This document shows, piece after piece, positions 22,058-34,407 of a stretch of DNA of 64,000 nucleotides (position 1 is its first letter; every line of letters starts with the position of its first letter). This DNA comes from Takakia lepidozioides (Eukaryota > Plantae > Bryophyta), in contig CM060731.1 of NCBI GenBank assembly GCA_030704615.1, positions 82,026,001 through 82,090,000 on the forward strand, written 5' to 3'. A model generated the notes under the pieces. It worked only from the letters and a program-made list of their open reading frames with translations. It was not told the DNA's origin and ran no database searches. Made by a program: the position numbers and the translations under genes.

Positions 22058-25000
22058 ATGTATACAACGAGAGCGGGGTTTCGGCTAACAGCTCAACGAC
22101 TCCGTGTGCGCAGGAAAGATGAGAAACTGTGGCGACTAGAGGAGGCGCATGCCATTGCACAAGGGCACCGCAAAATATTGTGCAACTGCAAAATATGCCA
22201 TGGAGGGATCTCGCAGTTTCTACCGATGGCCAAAAAACACCTAACAAAGTATGGGAGGGACCCAAACCTTCGACAGTGTACAGTCCCGGTACGCCTTGCA
22301 CGACGCACGCACTCTGACATGCTCGCAGCACGCCCGCGCATGTCCGCATTTTGGACAGTCGTGGGAGTGACTGGAGTCCGAACTACGTGTCGTTCTTCCG
22401 TTGGATGTATTGGAGTCATGGAGTCGTAGTGATGGAGTCATGTAGTCGGTAGTGCGTCAGAGTAGTCATGTCCATGACTTCATGACCGTGGATCATGGAC
22501 ATTTCAACTACGTGGTGTTCTTCCATTGGTTGTACTGGAGTCATGTAGTCAGGGTCATGACTACATGGTCGTTGTTGACTGCCATGTGTGAAGGCAATAT
22601 GCATTTTGGGCTTTTGGCAGTTTGTTGCCATGTGTCATGCCTTCAACGCACTGCCCACTTGGGCATATTTGTTGAGAGCTTTCACTTTGTTGGTCTGTGC
22701 AGATAGCTGTCTGTATGTGGGGATGTCTCCCTCTATCACAGAGGGTATGTTTGTTTTGTTTTTCGATGAAAACTGTGTTCCTACTTTGCCGTATTATATG
22801 AGAGTAGTTTTCATTTGTGTTTGTGTCTGAGCTCCACAAGCTGCTTCGAAATGAAGTCTGTGGCCGACCAATTTCGTCTCCTGATTCGCAAGTGCGGGGG
22901 AGACTTGTAGCATTCACCTGTATTGAACTAGTGCAATTCTACAAAGTGTTTGCTTACATGACAGTGTTTAAATGAAATTTCATAATCTGGGAGTTTTGAA
23001 AAAAGCCTGTTCATCGTATCCCAATTTATGATTTCATTTGCGTTCACAGGGCTACATTACATCCGACTCTGAAGTGGAGGCTGAATGTAGCCTAGAGAGT
23101 GTTGCAAACGACGTCAATTTGGATGGACAAGACGGCAATGGGCTACGGGGCCAGATTGCCCGTGCTGTGCAAGATGCATTTGAAATATCAGATACCCTCC
23201 GGGAGAATCCCACACCTGCCCCAAATGCCCTTCACTTGGACAATGATGAGGCTGTTGAGAATGGCGCAAATCCCTCTGAAATGCCTGATGGGGAAAATAT
23301 GGGCGGAGAAGAAGCAGGCGCGCCAAATGATCTTCACCATGGAAAACTCATGCGAGAGTCCCAAATCCCCTTATACGATGGGAGCGTTCACAACCGATTG
23401 ACTGCCACATTGATGTTGCTCAATTCTTGCGCCACTCACAGATGTACCAACGCATTTGTGGATGAGTTATTTTCATTGTTGAGGCTGGAGATTTTGCCCA
23501 AACAAAACACCTTGCCGAAATCGCAGTATGAGGCAAAAAATATGATCGCCATGATGGGTCTAGGATACAAACAGATCCATGCCTGTGAGCGTGGATGTGT
23601 ATTGTTTCGTGGAGACCTCAAAAAGGCTGCTAATTGCCCCAAGTGCCATAGTCGTCGATACATGGACGGCCGTGGGAAGGTGCCCAAGAAGGTGTTGCGA
23701 TACTTTCCTCTCATACCTAGATTGAAACGGATGTTTCGAGTTAAGACGCTGGCAGAGCTCATGAAGTGGCACAACAATCATAGAAGTGCAGATGGCATGG
23801 TCCGGCATGCTGCAGACAGTAAGGCTTGGTGCCATATTGACAACACATGGCCGGATTTTGCTTCAGATCCAAGAAATCTGCGTCTTGGATTGGCACTGGA
23901 TGGGGTCAATCCTTATGGCACCAAATCCACTTCTTGGTCCACCTGGCCCATCATGGTGCTCAATTATAATCTACCTCCATGGTTGGTAACGAAGAAATTT
24001 TTTGTCATGTTAACACTCCTCATTCCTGGAAAGGAATTGTGACAAGTGAAAATGTGGATGTTTACCTGCAACCACTAGTGGAGGAGCTAACGACATTGTG
24101 GGTGGGAGTTGCAGCCGTGGATGTGGCAGCCATTGAAGGAGAGCGGGCTTTTAACATGCGTGCAGTCCTCATGTGGTCCATACATGACTTCCCCGCCTAT
24201 GGCTTGTTATCAGGTCAGGTTCACCAAGGGTACTGTGCTTGTCCAGCATGTGGACCTCAAGTCGATTCCAGATATTCCCCAGCTTGTAAGAAATTGATAT
24301 TCCAGGGGCATCGACGCTATCTTCCCCACAATCATGCCTATAGAAGATCCAGACTTTTTAATGGGGCGCGAGACATGAGACCTGCTCCACATACAGTGAC
24401 AGCCACCGAAATCAAGGAGCGTGCACGACATTACAAACAATGGATTGATGATGGTGGGACTGTAGGCGCACAGAACGATCCCTCCAAGCTCCATGGCGTA
24501 AAACGATTGTCCATTCTGTTTGACTTGCCTTACTGGGAGGTGCGATTACCACACATGTGTTTTGGGAACAAAACAGTGCATTGGTTTTTCATTGTGCATG
24601 ATTGTTTGTTTACTGAACCTGTGCTGTAAACATCATTCATGACTGCATTGCAATGTGCCTAATTTGTTAGACCACATGGTGCAGCATCTTATCATCCGCC
24701 ACACTTTTGATACCATGCATTGCGAGAAGAACGTGACGGAGAACATAATCAAGACTATTTTCGGCGAGAAGGACACGATGCAAGTTCGCCGCGATATGGA
24801 ATTGCAGGGCATTCGAAAGCCTCTTTGGTTACGACGCCATCCCACCAGAGTGGATACATTGGTAATGCCTGATGCGCCATATGTGCTCACAAAACCAGAG
24901 CAGCGGGTGTTCCTGGAGATTATCACGAATCTGAAAGTACCCACTGGCTATGCCTCTGCTTTCAAAAAACATGTGGTCAAACAAAAGTTGAGCCAATTGA

Positions 25001-26591
25001 AGTCACATGATTATCACGTGCTAATGCAACAGATCCTCCCACTTGCTCTACGTGGGTTGATGGCGCCTGGGGTTCGCAATGCCATACTAAGAGTGTCCCG
25101 TGTGTTTCGCAAGCTTTGTGCAAAATTCATTGATCCCACCGAGCATGAGGAATTGAAGAAGGAGGTGGCAGTGACTCTTTGTCTTCTGGAGAAAGAGTTC
25201 CCACCCTCATTTTTTGATGTTATGACACATTTACTTATCCACTTGGTGGATGAGGTGGATTTGTGTGGACCTGTAGCTTCTCGGTGGATGTACCCGGTGG
25301 AGAGAGCAATGAAGGATTTTAAAGGGTATGTGCGAAACTTGGCGAAGCCTGAGGGCAGTATGGCGGAGGGCTACGTGTTTGACGAGGCATTGGGATTTTG
25401 TACAGAGTACTTGTCTTCTGTTGATGCTACTAGGCGGAGAGTGTGGGATGCAGGAGAGGAGGAATCAGTGTCGGGCTGGGTATTGGAAGGAGTTGGTCGA
25501 CCACGGAGGTTGACCCTCGAATTGTTGCAGCTTGTCCACGACTACGTCATTCACAACCATCCCAGTTTGAGCATTATGTTGGGGTAAGTGGCAAACGTTC
25601 TGGTACCTGCTATGCATGGGTATGCTTTGTATAGGTGTGTGTGCAGTAGTTCTTCCATCGGCTGCAGGGGTTGCACTAGATAAATTTCTGTGGTTGTGCG
25701 TGTGTTGGCAGGTCCTATGAGGTGGAGAAATGCAGGTTGGAGACTGAAAATGCTACTAACCAGAACAAGATCCGTGCTCTCCCTCACTTTGCAGAATGGC
25801 TGGTAAAAGCAGTCCGCCAGCATGTGTCAAGTGTTGCCAACCATGCTACTGATTCAGCCTGCAAGGAATTGTTGGACATGTCCAAACCCCCATCAGTAAT
25901 CGCAACATCATACAAGAGCATGTCGGCTTATGGAAACCACTTCAGGGTTACTTCAGATGGACTCAACAGCCCCTTTGTGACATATGACTCGGGGGTCTCT
26001 ACTGTTTTCCAGCATGACAGTACTTGCATTGACCGTGAGCAGGTGGTGGAAAGCGTACGGTATGTGGGTGTCATAAAGGAGATTTTAGAATTGGATTATG
26101 GCTCCACAAACACCACGGTGCTATTGTGTTCATGGGTACGTGCACGACGTGTGGGCTCTCAGCCTGTGTCAATGAAGCAGGACGAGTCTGGCTTCACATT
26201 GGTGAATTTCTCCCACTTGTTGCCTCCACTTGAACAGCCTTTTGTGCTCCCATCACAGGTCGAGCAAGTTTTTTTCTCTGAGTGTGTGAATGAACCGAGA
26301 TGGAACGTGGTGCTGGAAAAAAACCCCAGGTCACGCAGGGCTGTTTCTGATGTGAGCATTTGCAACGATGATATTGCAAGTGTATCAGGCCTCTTAGCCC
26401 CCAATCACATTGAAGAGACCAATGTTGCTAGTGACAGGGTGGGCCAGACCATCCAAGTGACACCTGAAGAGGTTGCTTCACTTTACAGAGACATGCGATC
26501 TGAGGAAGCACATCCATGTCCCACGGAGGACAGTTGCGATGGAGATTCAGAGTCCAGTGATGAGGAGTTGGTTGATGTGGATGTGTACTAG
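22058..26591 (+). CDS. CACTA TnpD transposase (transposase-associated Zn domain, Transposase_21, DUF4218, DUF4216); exons 22058-22288, 23050-24539, 24685-25583, 25712-26591; one 1-bp frameshift near 24037
   Basis: ILCNCKIC...HLTKYG; IHACERGC; RNLRLGLALDGVNPY; SIHDFPAY; DTMHCEKNV; LKSHDYH; GPVASRWMYPVER; YVGVIKEILELDY; QPFVLPSQVEQVFF. Intron phases are consistent. Exon 2 is 1490 nt, one base short of frame. Confidence 0.92.
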
Positions 26592-28270
26592 TACCTAGAA
26601 TGAGGTATGACTTTCCCCCCCAACTGCCTTCCTCTATCTCAAGTATATGAAGGGTGGTATTGGGCAAAATTGAATATGTAATCCCGGTTGATTCATGAAT
26701 AATGTGGGATTCATAAGACTGGCACTAAGGGTTGCCCTTGGGGGTGTCCTTTTTGCAGGGTGTTGGAGGTGTCCAACTTACATGGCGTGTCTGTCTGGCA
26801 ACGTGTCATGACATTTATGTCACTATAGACTTTGGAACGGCATGCAAATTTACACATCAGTTCTGCCTTTGGGTACATTGTTGACAAAGTGCATGTGCCT
26901 TCCAGTTTACATTACATAATTGCCCCAGTGATTTTGTGGGTCTTATATTGGGCAGGCTCGTGTTTATGGACCATTGAATACCAATGGAGTGCTTTTAAGC
27001 TTGGTCCCTACTTATCATATTTTCATTTTTCCCCAAAAGAATCTGGCAATCCGCATAGATGATGCTTTGGCTGGTTGAGTGGGTTATTTGCGTAGATGCA
27101 TTTTATGGGCAGTTTCTCTCATGCCCCAGCTAACACCATGTGACTCACTTGTATAGTCCCCCATCTGTGAATGGCTCAAGCAGGGTGCAGTACATTCAAC
27201 ACTACAATGTTGCTGCCCTGCAGGTGTTCCATGCCTTGCACCACATCATTATTCCCTGATGTCATCCTGCTGCTGTTCTAGCTTGGGGCAGGTCATTGGG
27301 GATATGTACATTAGAGAGAACAACATGAGCTGTTATCTCAGTTTTTTTATCATACAAGAAGCTGAATTCATGGGCTCTCCCATTCTTAGAAAACCCCCCC
27401 ATGGCAAAGTGGGTGGATCGGAACAGACCGTATTGCCAAGCTTCTATTCCAGTAGCACATGGCGTGGAGCTCCGGAATGGCCTACTACAGGGACGACATG
27501 CACAAGGCGATATGTTAGAGTGTATTGGATTTCATATTTTCATGGTGTTCTTGGTCACTGCCCAAAGACTTTTGTTGAGCCCATGTTTTGCATCACTCTC
27601 ATGAGTGAATTTTTTGATTTGCATGAATTTAACTATCCCCTGAATGCATCATTTGTTTGTCTGTCATTCCGCAGTATGAGGCTTGCTTTTGATGTTGTCG
27701 GCGATCAACAAACACTAAAATGCACGCCGCCATTTGAACGTAACGTCACAAACAGATGCGGTTCCAGATCGCCTCTCTAGCATGTTGGCTTCACGTTCCA
27801 TTCTTCTCCACAAAGCGCCAACGGCCTACTAAGCTGCTTCGTGTGCAACCGTTCCCTTCACTTGCATCCCCCGCACCACAATATCAAAGCCACTTAACCA
27901 ATCATATGTAGACACCTCATAAGTTGTTCCATGTCACAGACTCTCCATGTCATGACGACATGTGATGATCTGGCAGAATACATTAGAGTGGCAGTCATGA
28001 AGTCATATGTCCGTCTAGCAATATGCACACGTCATTCACGTATGGGCATGACCCTGACTGGTAGTCATATCCACCATGGCAATATTCCTGGTCAAAGGGT
28101 GTTTGACCTGTGTTGCGCAAAGTTCGGAGTCATACAGTCGCATAACCGGCTTCGTCGTGATCTATGTTATGACTTCAAAAGGCATTTACGACTGCAAATG
28201 GCATTTCTGCCACAAATTGGTCGTGACTGCGCACCCATGGGAGTCATAAAAGCCGCAATCTGTTGTAGTG

Positions 28271-29641
28271 TGCATGGACAACTTGTGGTAAACTTGTGAC
28301 AAGCCGATCCTCTGGCTGTGATGGCTGTGATACTGAAGTAACTTCCTCTTCCCTCTCTGAAGGTCCTGCTTCCAGTAATAGCAGTTCTCTGTGCTGCTGT
28401 GCCCCTTCCTGCACAAAAACTTGGGAAACATTATCATGCGGATTCCGTGAAGCCAGTGGATCCGCCACTACAGTCTTTCCCCGCCTCTGTCTCTTATTCT
28501 CGGGTTGCCCTGCCAGTCCACCCTCACTGTGTGAAGAGCCTTGCTCTTCCATTGCAGTGGTTTCTGGCTCAAACACTTCCATCTCCTTTCTTTCTCGCGC
28601 ATCAAGTATGCCAGAATCAAGAATTATTTGAGCAATGATTGGGCCAGACACTATGATAGGAGATTTTGCGGCAGTGCCCTGTAGTCTTTTCATCTCCTCT
28701 ACCAGTGCGTTGTACATTATGTCCGCCCATTCTACCTCTTCTCCTCTCAGGGCTTTGAGTATTTCCTCTGTGAAGGATCTGCTCAAATACTGTTGGTTCT
28801 GTTTCATGGCAAACAGAACGTTCAATACCTGGCCTACCTCCTTTAGCCCTGGGTACACGGCCATGGTACAAGCATAACCCTGAGTTTTAAAGAAACTCCC
28901 TTCTTGGAATAAGTCCCCTATTTGCAGTCTTGCCCTGTGCTCCTCCACATGCACCTGACCTGCTGGCAATCGAAACAATTGCTGTAGGTATAGGGGAGTA
29001 ATTACTAATTCAACTCCCTTCACCGTTGTTGCTCCTGTCCTTGGTTCAAAGTTCTGCAAGAATTCTAACATGTACTGTCTATGGTGCAATGTCCAATCTT
29101 TGCTTTGCACTTGCAATCTCAGCTCCTTCAGTAACTGTATCGCATGTGGAGTAGCAATCGTTTGTTTCTGCAGGATTGTGGTGCTCTTCACCCTGATTTC
29201 CTCCATTCCTCTCATTCTCTTCATTCTAGACCCACAGAAATGTTTTGGCTGTAACAATTGAAGAAATGCATGTAGTGCACAAAGCATAAACGTATGGTTG
29301 CCACAAAAAGCTATGGGTAATTTGTTGTAAGCCTGCGGGGCTTGCAAGCATCGATCAAGCGAAAAGATCCGCTCCGTTCTTTCGTCCCTATGCCACTGCG
29401 TAAGTAATATTGCGAGCGTATAGTCTGTTAGTTCCTCCATAGCTTCAAAGCTATAGCATTGATGGTTTGTCCCGTCGAGACGCCTGTTACTTAGAACGAC
29501 GCCGACTCTTGCGCTTAATTTCCCTCCAATTTCTTGATCCATTCTCTGGCTTTCGATTGGCTGTAACCGCTGTGACTGGATTTTAGATTTAATTTTCTTT
29601 AGTGGACTTTCCCTGTTGGACTGTCCACTAGGATAACACAT
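28271..29641 (-). pseudogene. N-terminal half of the Gypsy extra (env-position) ORF, resembling the Athila-type putative plant transposon protein (Transposase_32-like)
   Basis: YMLEFLQNF...TVKGVELVITPLYLQQLFRLP...GEEVEWADIMYNAL...PIIVSGPIIAQII. It lies between integrase and the PPT and is cut at the CACTA TSD. Confidence 0.7.
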
Positions 29642-29933
29642 GTGACAAGAATTTCACTTTTCTATACTTGCCGTTTGTTCTGTTGCCCCTTTTCTGTATT
29701 CATTAATGGGCCCGCCATTCATCCGAATTGACGTGCTAATTAGGTATTTTGACGGCCATTTTTGTCCTCTTTCTTGATGACATCCGTTCTTGCACTTCCT
29801 TCTCAGCTGTGTGTTGCGCCCTGACTTCCACGTGTCCTTTTCTAAACTGGCTTCCGTCCTTTCTTCCGCCGGCCATTTCACTGAAGTTATCATGCGTCCA
29901 CCTGTCACTGATTCTATGGATTGTGTAACCCTA

Positions 29934-30185
29934 GTAGGCTGTGTTGAGCTGTGACAGGCTGTGTCATACTGTGGTACGCCGTGATACGCTGTGTTGCACT
30001 GTGGTAAGCTGTGATAGGCTGTGACACGCTGTGGTAGGTTGTGATAGGTTGTATTGCTCCGTGCTGGGCTGTGATATGCTGTGTCGTGCCTCGCTGGGTT
30101 GTGATAGGCTGTGTTGCACCGTGATGGGCTGTGATAGGCTGTGATAGGCTGTGTCGCGCCGTGATGGGCTGTGATAGGCTGTGTC
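29934..30185 (-). repeat. Internal tandem array of ~25 x 10-bp CACAG units between integrase and the extra ORF
   Basis: The minus strand reads cacagcctat cacagcccat cacggcgcga cacagcctat..., with the same core and period as the LTR arrays. Confidence 0.92.
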
Positions 30186-33100
30186 GCGCTTGTTCTGCCC
30201 GCCCTGGTCATATATGCTCGGCCTAGCGACAAGTGCTCCATACTCCGTTGGTATCACTGGTGCAGCCCGTGACTGCTTTTGCATTTCAACATGCAAATCA
30301 TGCTGCAATGGTTTGTCATGGATACCACTGTACCCCTTCAACTTATTAGCATTGACTCTTCCCAGCATCTCTTTGTTAATGGTTTGTAACATGGCGGTGT
30401 TGTTATCATACATCTTTTGTATGACATAAGGTCCTTTCCATGGTGATTTAAGCTTAGAAGCTTTAATCTTTCCTTTCTTCTGCAACCATAGAACCAAATC
30501 TCCCGTCTTAAAAGTCTTTAACTTGCCTTCATCAAACTGTTCCTTTCTCTTCATCTGAATTCTGGTCATATTATCAGCTGCATCAGCACGTACTTCTTCC
30601 ACATGGTATAATTCATGTTTCCTGACCTTAATGGAATCTTGCAATTCCATTCTCTTTCCCCATTCCGTTTTCATGGTAGGTAACAAGAATTCCACTGGAA
30701 GTAAGGCTTCCGTACCATAAACTAATTGGAATGGTGTATACTTAGTGGTGACTTTATATGAAGTCCTGTATGACCACAAAGTTGTCAGCAGCTTTGTATC
30801 CCAATCCGTTTAGTCAAGATAGTACATAGTATTTTGTTGGTAGCCTCTGCCTGCCCATTACCCTGTGGGTAATATGTTGTACTCTTCCTATGCACAATCA
30901 TGAACTCTTTAGTCAATAATTCAATGGTCTCATTAATGAAGTGACTTCCCTGATCACTGATAAATTCCAAGGGACAGCCAAATCGTGTAAGTATGTTCTC
31001 ATACAGAAACCTTGCTGTGGACTTGGCTGTGTTGTCCCTCAAAGCTTTAGCTTCCACCCACTTCGTAGTATAATCAGTGGCTGTAATTATGTACCTGTTC
31101 TGTGTATTCTTGGCTGGTGGGTTAATTGGTCCAACAAAATCTAGTCCCCATTTCTGAAATGGTTCCGTAGGCATTGTAGGATGCAAAGACATTTTCCCAG
31201 ATCTCTGCAAAGGTCCTAGCCTCTGACATTCATCACAACTCTGACAATACTTGTGTACATCTTTGAACAAAGTAGGCCACCAGTAACCTGCATGTAGTAT
31301 TTTCCTGCTGGTAGTCTCTTCTCCAAAATGACCTCCTGCCACTCCTTTATGAACTTCCTCCTATTAACTTCATGGTGGTATAAGCATCGCTTCAGCACTC
31401 CATCTGGTCCTAGCTTATACATTCTGCTCCCTACCATAGTGTAAGGTAGAGCCTTGATAGCAATTCTCTTTCTCTGCTCCTTTCCATAACTTGGTGGGCA
31501 CTGACCATGAGTAAGGTAGTATCTGATTGGCCACTGCCAATCTAACCAGTCATCTGCACTTCCTTGCACCTCCATTGCAAATAGACTCGCATCTGGTAAT
31601 TGATCATCTACTCCTGTGGCTGGTTCTCCTGTTGATAACCGTGACAAGATGCAGTCTCCCAGGCTTGTAAACAACCTCGAATTCAAACTCGTGCAAGATT
31701 ATCAACCATCTTGCTATTCTTCCGCTTATCAGAGGTTTGTTTACCAGGTATATCAGAGCCTGGTGATCCACATAGAACATAAACTTCTTGCCTAACAGGT
31801 AATGCCTGAATTTCTTCACTGCATAGATCATTGCCAATGCTTCTCTTTCCGTTGTGCTATAATTTCTTTCGGCATTGTTCATCAATCGGCTAGCATAGTA
31901 CACAGGTGAATCTATCCTTCCTGTTACATTTTGGGCTAACACTGCTCCTAGTGCTTCTCCAGAAGCATCACAGTGACCATGAAATATTTCCTGCCAGTGA
32001 GGACTAATCAGCACATGTGTAGTTGTTACTGACAATGTAAGTTCCTCAAAAGCCTGTTGACATTCAGGTGTCCATGCAAACACTGCATCTTTCTTCAGAA
32101 GTTTGCTCAATGGTGTTGCTATCTGTGCATACCGTCTGACAAATCTTCTGTAATAGCTTGTTTATCCAAGGAATCTCCTTAGACTCTTAACATTCACTGG
32201 TGGTGGAGAGGCTTTAATGGCCTCTGTTTTCCTGGGATCCACAAGAAGTCCCCTCTTACACACAATGTGTCCCAGAAGCACCCTTGAGTTCACACAGAAA
32301 GTACACTTCTCTGGATTCAGGCCCAGACCTCTCATCCTGCATCTGGCCAGACATAACTCCAATTTATGTAAGTGCTCATTCTTAGAGTTGTACACACTGA
32401 AATCATCCAAGAACACCTGCATGAAATCATCCAGATACTCATGAAAAGATTCACTTATCACTCTCTGAAAGGTCGTTGGTGCATTGCAAAGTCCAAAGGG
32501 CATGACTTTGTATGCATAAGCACCCCAGTTTGTGATGAAAGCTGTTTTTCCTTGGTCTTCTTCTGCCACTTGCACTTGATTATAACCACTGAAGCCATCC
32601 ATGAATGAGTACATCTCATGGCCTGCCACAGTGTCTAATACTGCTTCTGTGAATGACAAAGGGAAAGGATCTTTCTTCGTACAAGCATTCAGCTTCTTGT
32701 AGTTCACACAAACTCTTAGTTTACCATTCTTCTTGGGAACTATCACAATGGGTGACAACCAAGTTGTATACTCTATTGGGTATATAAACTTAGCCTCAGC
32801 CAACTTCTTGATCTCTTCTCCAACCTTCTGTGCGTAGTTGGGATTCATTCTGTACCTTGCCTGCTTGATTGGTACTGACCCCGGTTCCAGTTCAATCTTA
32901 TGCTGACAGATTTCAGGTGGTATCCCTTTTAAATCCTCATAGCTCCAAGCAAATACATCTTTGTATTTGATGAACAAACTCTTAGCTTCTTCAAAGAATT
33001 CTGGCTCCAAATCAGCTCCTACCTTCACCATCCTCGGTTCCTCTTTAGTTCCCACATTCACTTCCCTCACTTGCTCATCAGCTGTGATTGTCCAACCAGT

Positions 33101-34407
33101 CACCACTTCATCCTGTAAACTCACAGTGGCTGGTTCCTCTAGGATTTCCATTTCTCCTTCTTTTTCTTCATAGAAATGTGATGGGTAACTGCTGGCTTCC
33201 TCTTCAATCGGTGTTGTTGACACTACACCACAACAGATACCCCTTAAACAACTTAGGCCTTCCAGCCGCATCTCTGCAACCTGCTCCCACTCTGGGTGTG
33301 CAGCAAACAGGGTAGCTTCCTACTCCTCATCCAATCCTCCTCTCCAGTCATACTCTCTGACTCCTCGAGGTCTTCTCGTAGCAGGTAATCTACTAGATTT
33401 CTTTGTGGTAATTTGTATCTCGTGTATCCCATTATGCACGGTTAGTAACTGAGAATTCCAGTCATGGAATACCCTGGCCTGTTTCAGCCACGGACGTCCC
33501 AATAATAAGGAGTAAGCCTCCATGACTTCATCCATCTTCAACACAGTTACTGTGATCATAAAGATCATCTTCTGTATCTGTATCTTAACTCCTCTTATTA
33601 ATCCCAATGGCTGTACACTTCTTTGATTTGCCATTGTTACTGTAAATGGGGCTGGTTTCATGTTACTTAGACCAAGCTTCTTTCTTAATTGGTCTGTCAT
33701 TATATTTACTCCAGAACCTCCATCTATCAGTACATCAGTTAGTTCTGTGCTTCCAATTCTCAATTGGATTACTGGCATAGAATCATCAAAATCCATGACT
33801 GTTTCTCGCCTTTCCGGCTTCACATTATAACTGGTCACCTTGCTGTTCAGGTCTGTGTTTCCTGTCTCCTGGGCAATTTGATTGATTGCTTGATACAGCC
33901 TGTGCCTACAATAAGGTGCCACAGTCAATAGCTGTCCAATAGTAATCTCTGCTTTGGTCTGGCATATTACTTCAGCCAAAGTCTCTTCATTATTTTGCAT
34001 GTCTGCATCTTCTTTCTTCCTTTCATCCTCACTCACTTCTTCTTCTCCATCAGAATCAGAGGAATCTGCCACAGGAATATCAGTACTCTTCTGCATTTCC
34101 TTTATGGTATCTGCCACTTCCTTGCGCAGTTCCTTCTCATCTCTCCAAGCCTCATCATCTTCAGGCATATCACTGCCACCTTCATTATCATCTTCTTCCT
34201 CTACTACTGGAGGTATTAGTTTGGCTTTACTTCTTGTTACTATCATTGTACTTACTTCTGGTACAACACATGGCCTAACCATGTGAGCTGCCACCACTGG
34301 GCCCTCATTCACAGGAGCTCTCATCTCATTCTGGTGTCTAATCCAGAATGAACAGGCTGCCTTGCGATGTCCTAGCTGATTACAATAGTAACATAGTTCT
34401 TCACCAT
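29964..34407 (-). pseudogene. Gypsy gag(3' end)-pol with stops and frameshifts
   Basis: Zinc knuckle CYYCNQLGHRKAAC (~34393-34352); protease VLIDGGSGVNIM; RT WLSPIVIVPKKNGKLRVC...MDGFSGYNQV...MPFGLCNAP...FLDDF; RNase H CDASGEALGAVL...ERNYSTTEREAL; integrase GGHF...CDECQR...WGLDFVGP...SDQGSHF...PQGNGQAE...WKGPY. Stops near 33320 and 32162; frameshifts near 31645, 31360 and 30810. Confidence 0.95.

Larger units (their letters stand above)
13890..28270. mobile_element. Full-length CACTA (En/Spm) DNA transposon, 14,381 bp (CACTA-1)
   Basis: Left TIR CACTACAACAAAAAGCGGCTTTTA at 13890. The right end TAAAAGCCGCAATCTGTTGTAGTG finishes at 28270. The 3-bp TSD TGC is at 13887-13889 and 28271-28273. ATGACT/AGTCAT subterminal repeats occur at both ends, and TnpD and TnpA-like genes lie inside. 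Confidence 0.96.

Noticed and set aside
26832-27900. Possible third gene in CACTA-1 (ORFs 27259-27780, 27401-27604)
   Set aside because: I could not build a consistent exon chain or recognise a motif.
28244-29641. True retroviral envelope gene
   Set aside because: No signal peptide or clear transmembrane anchor is visible; reported as an extra ORF only.
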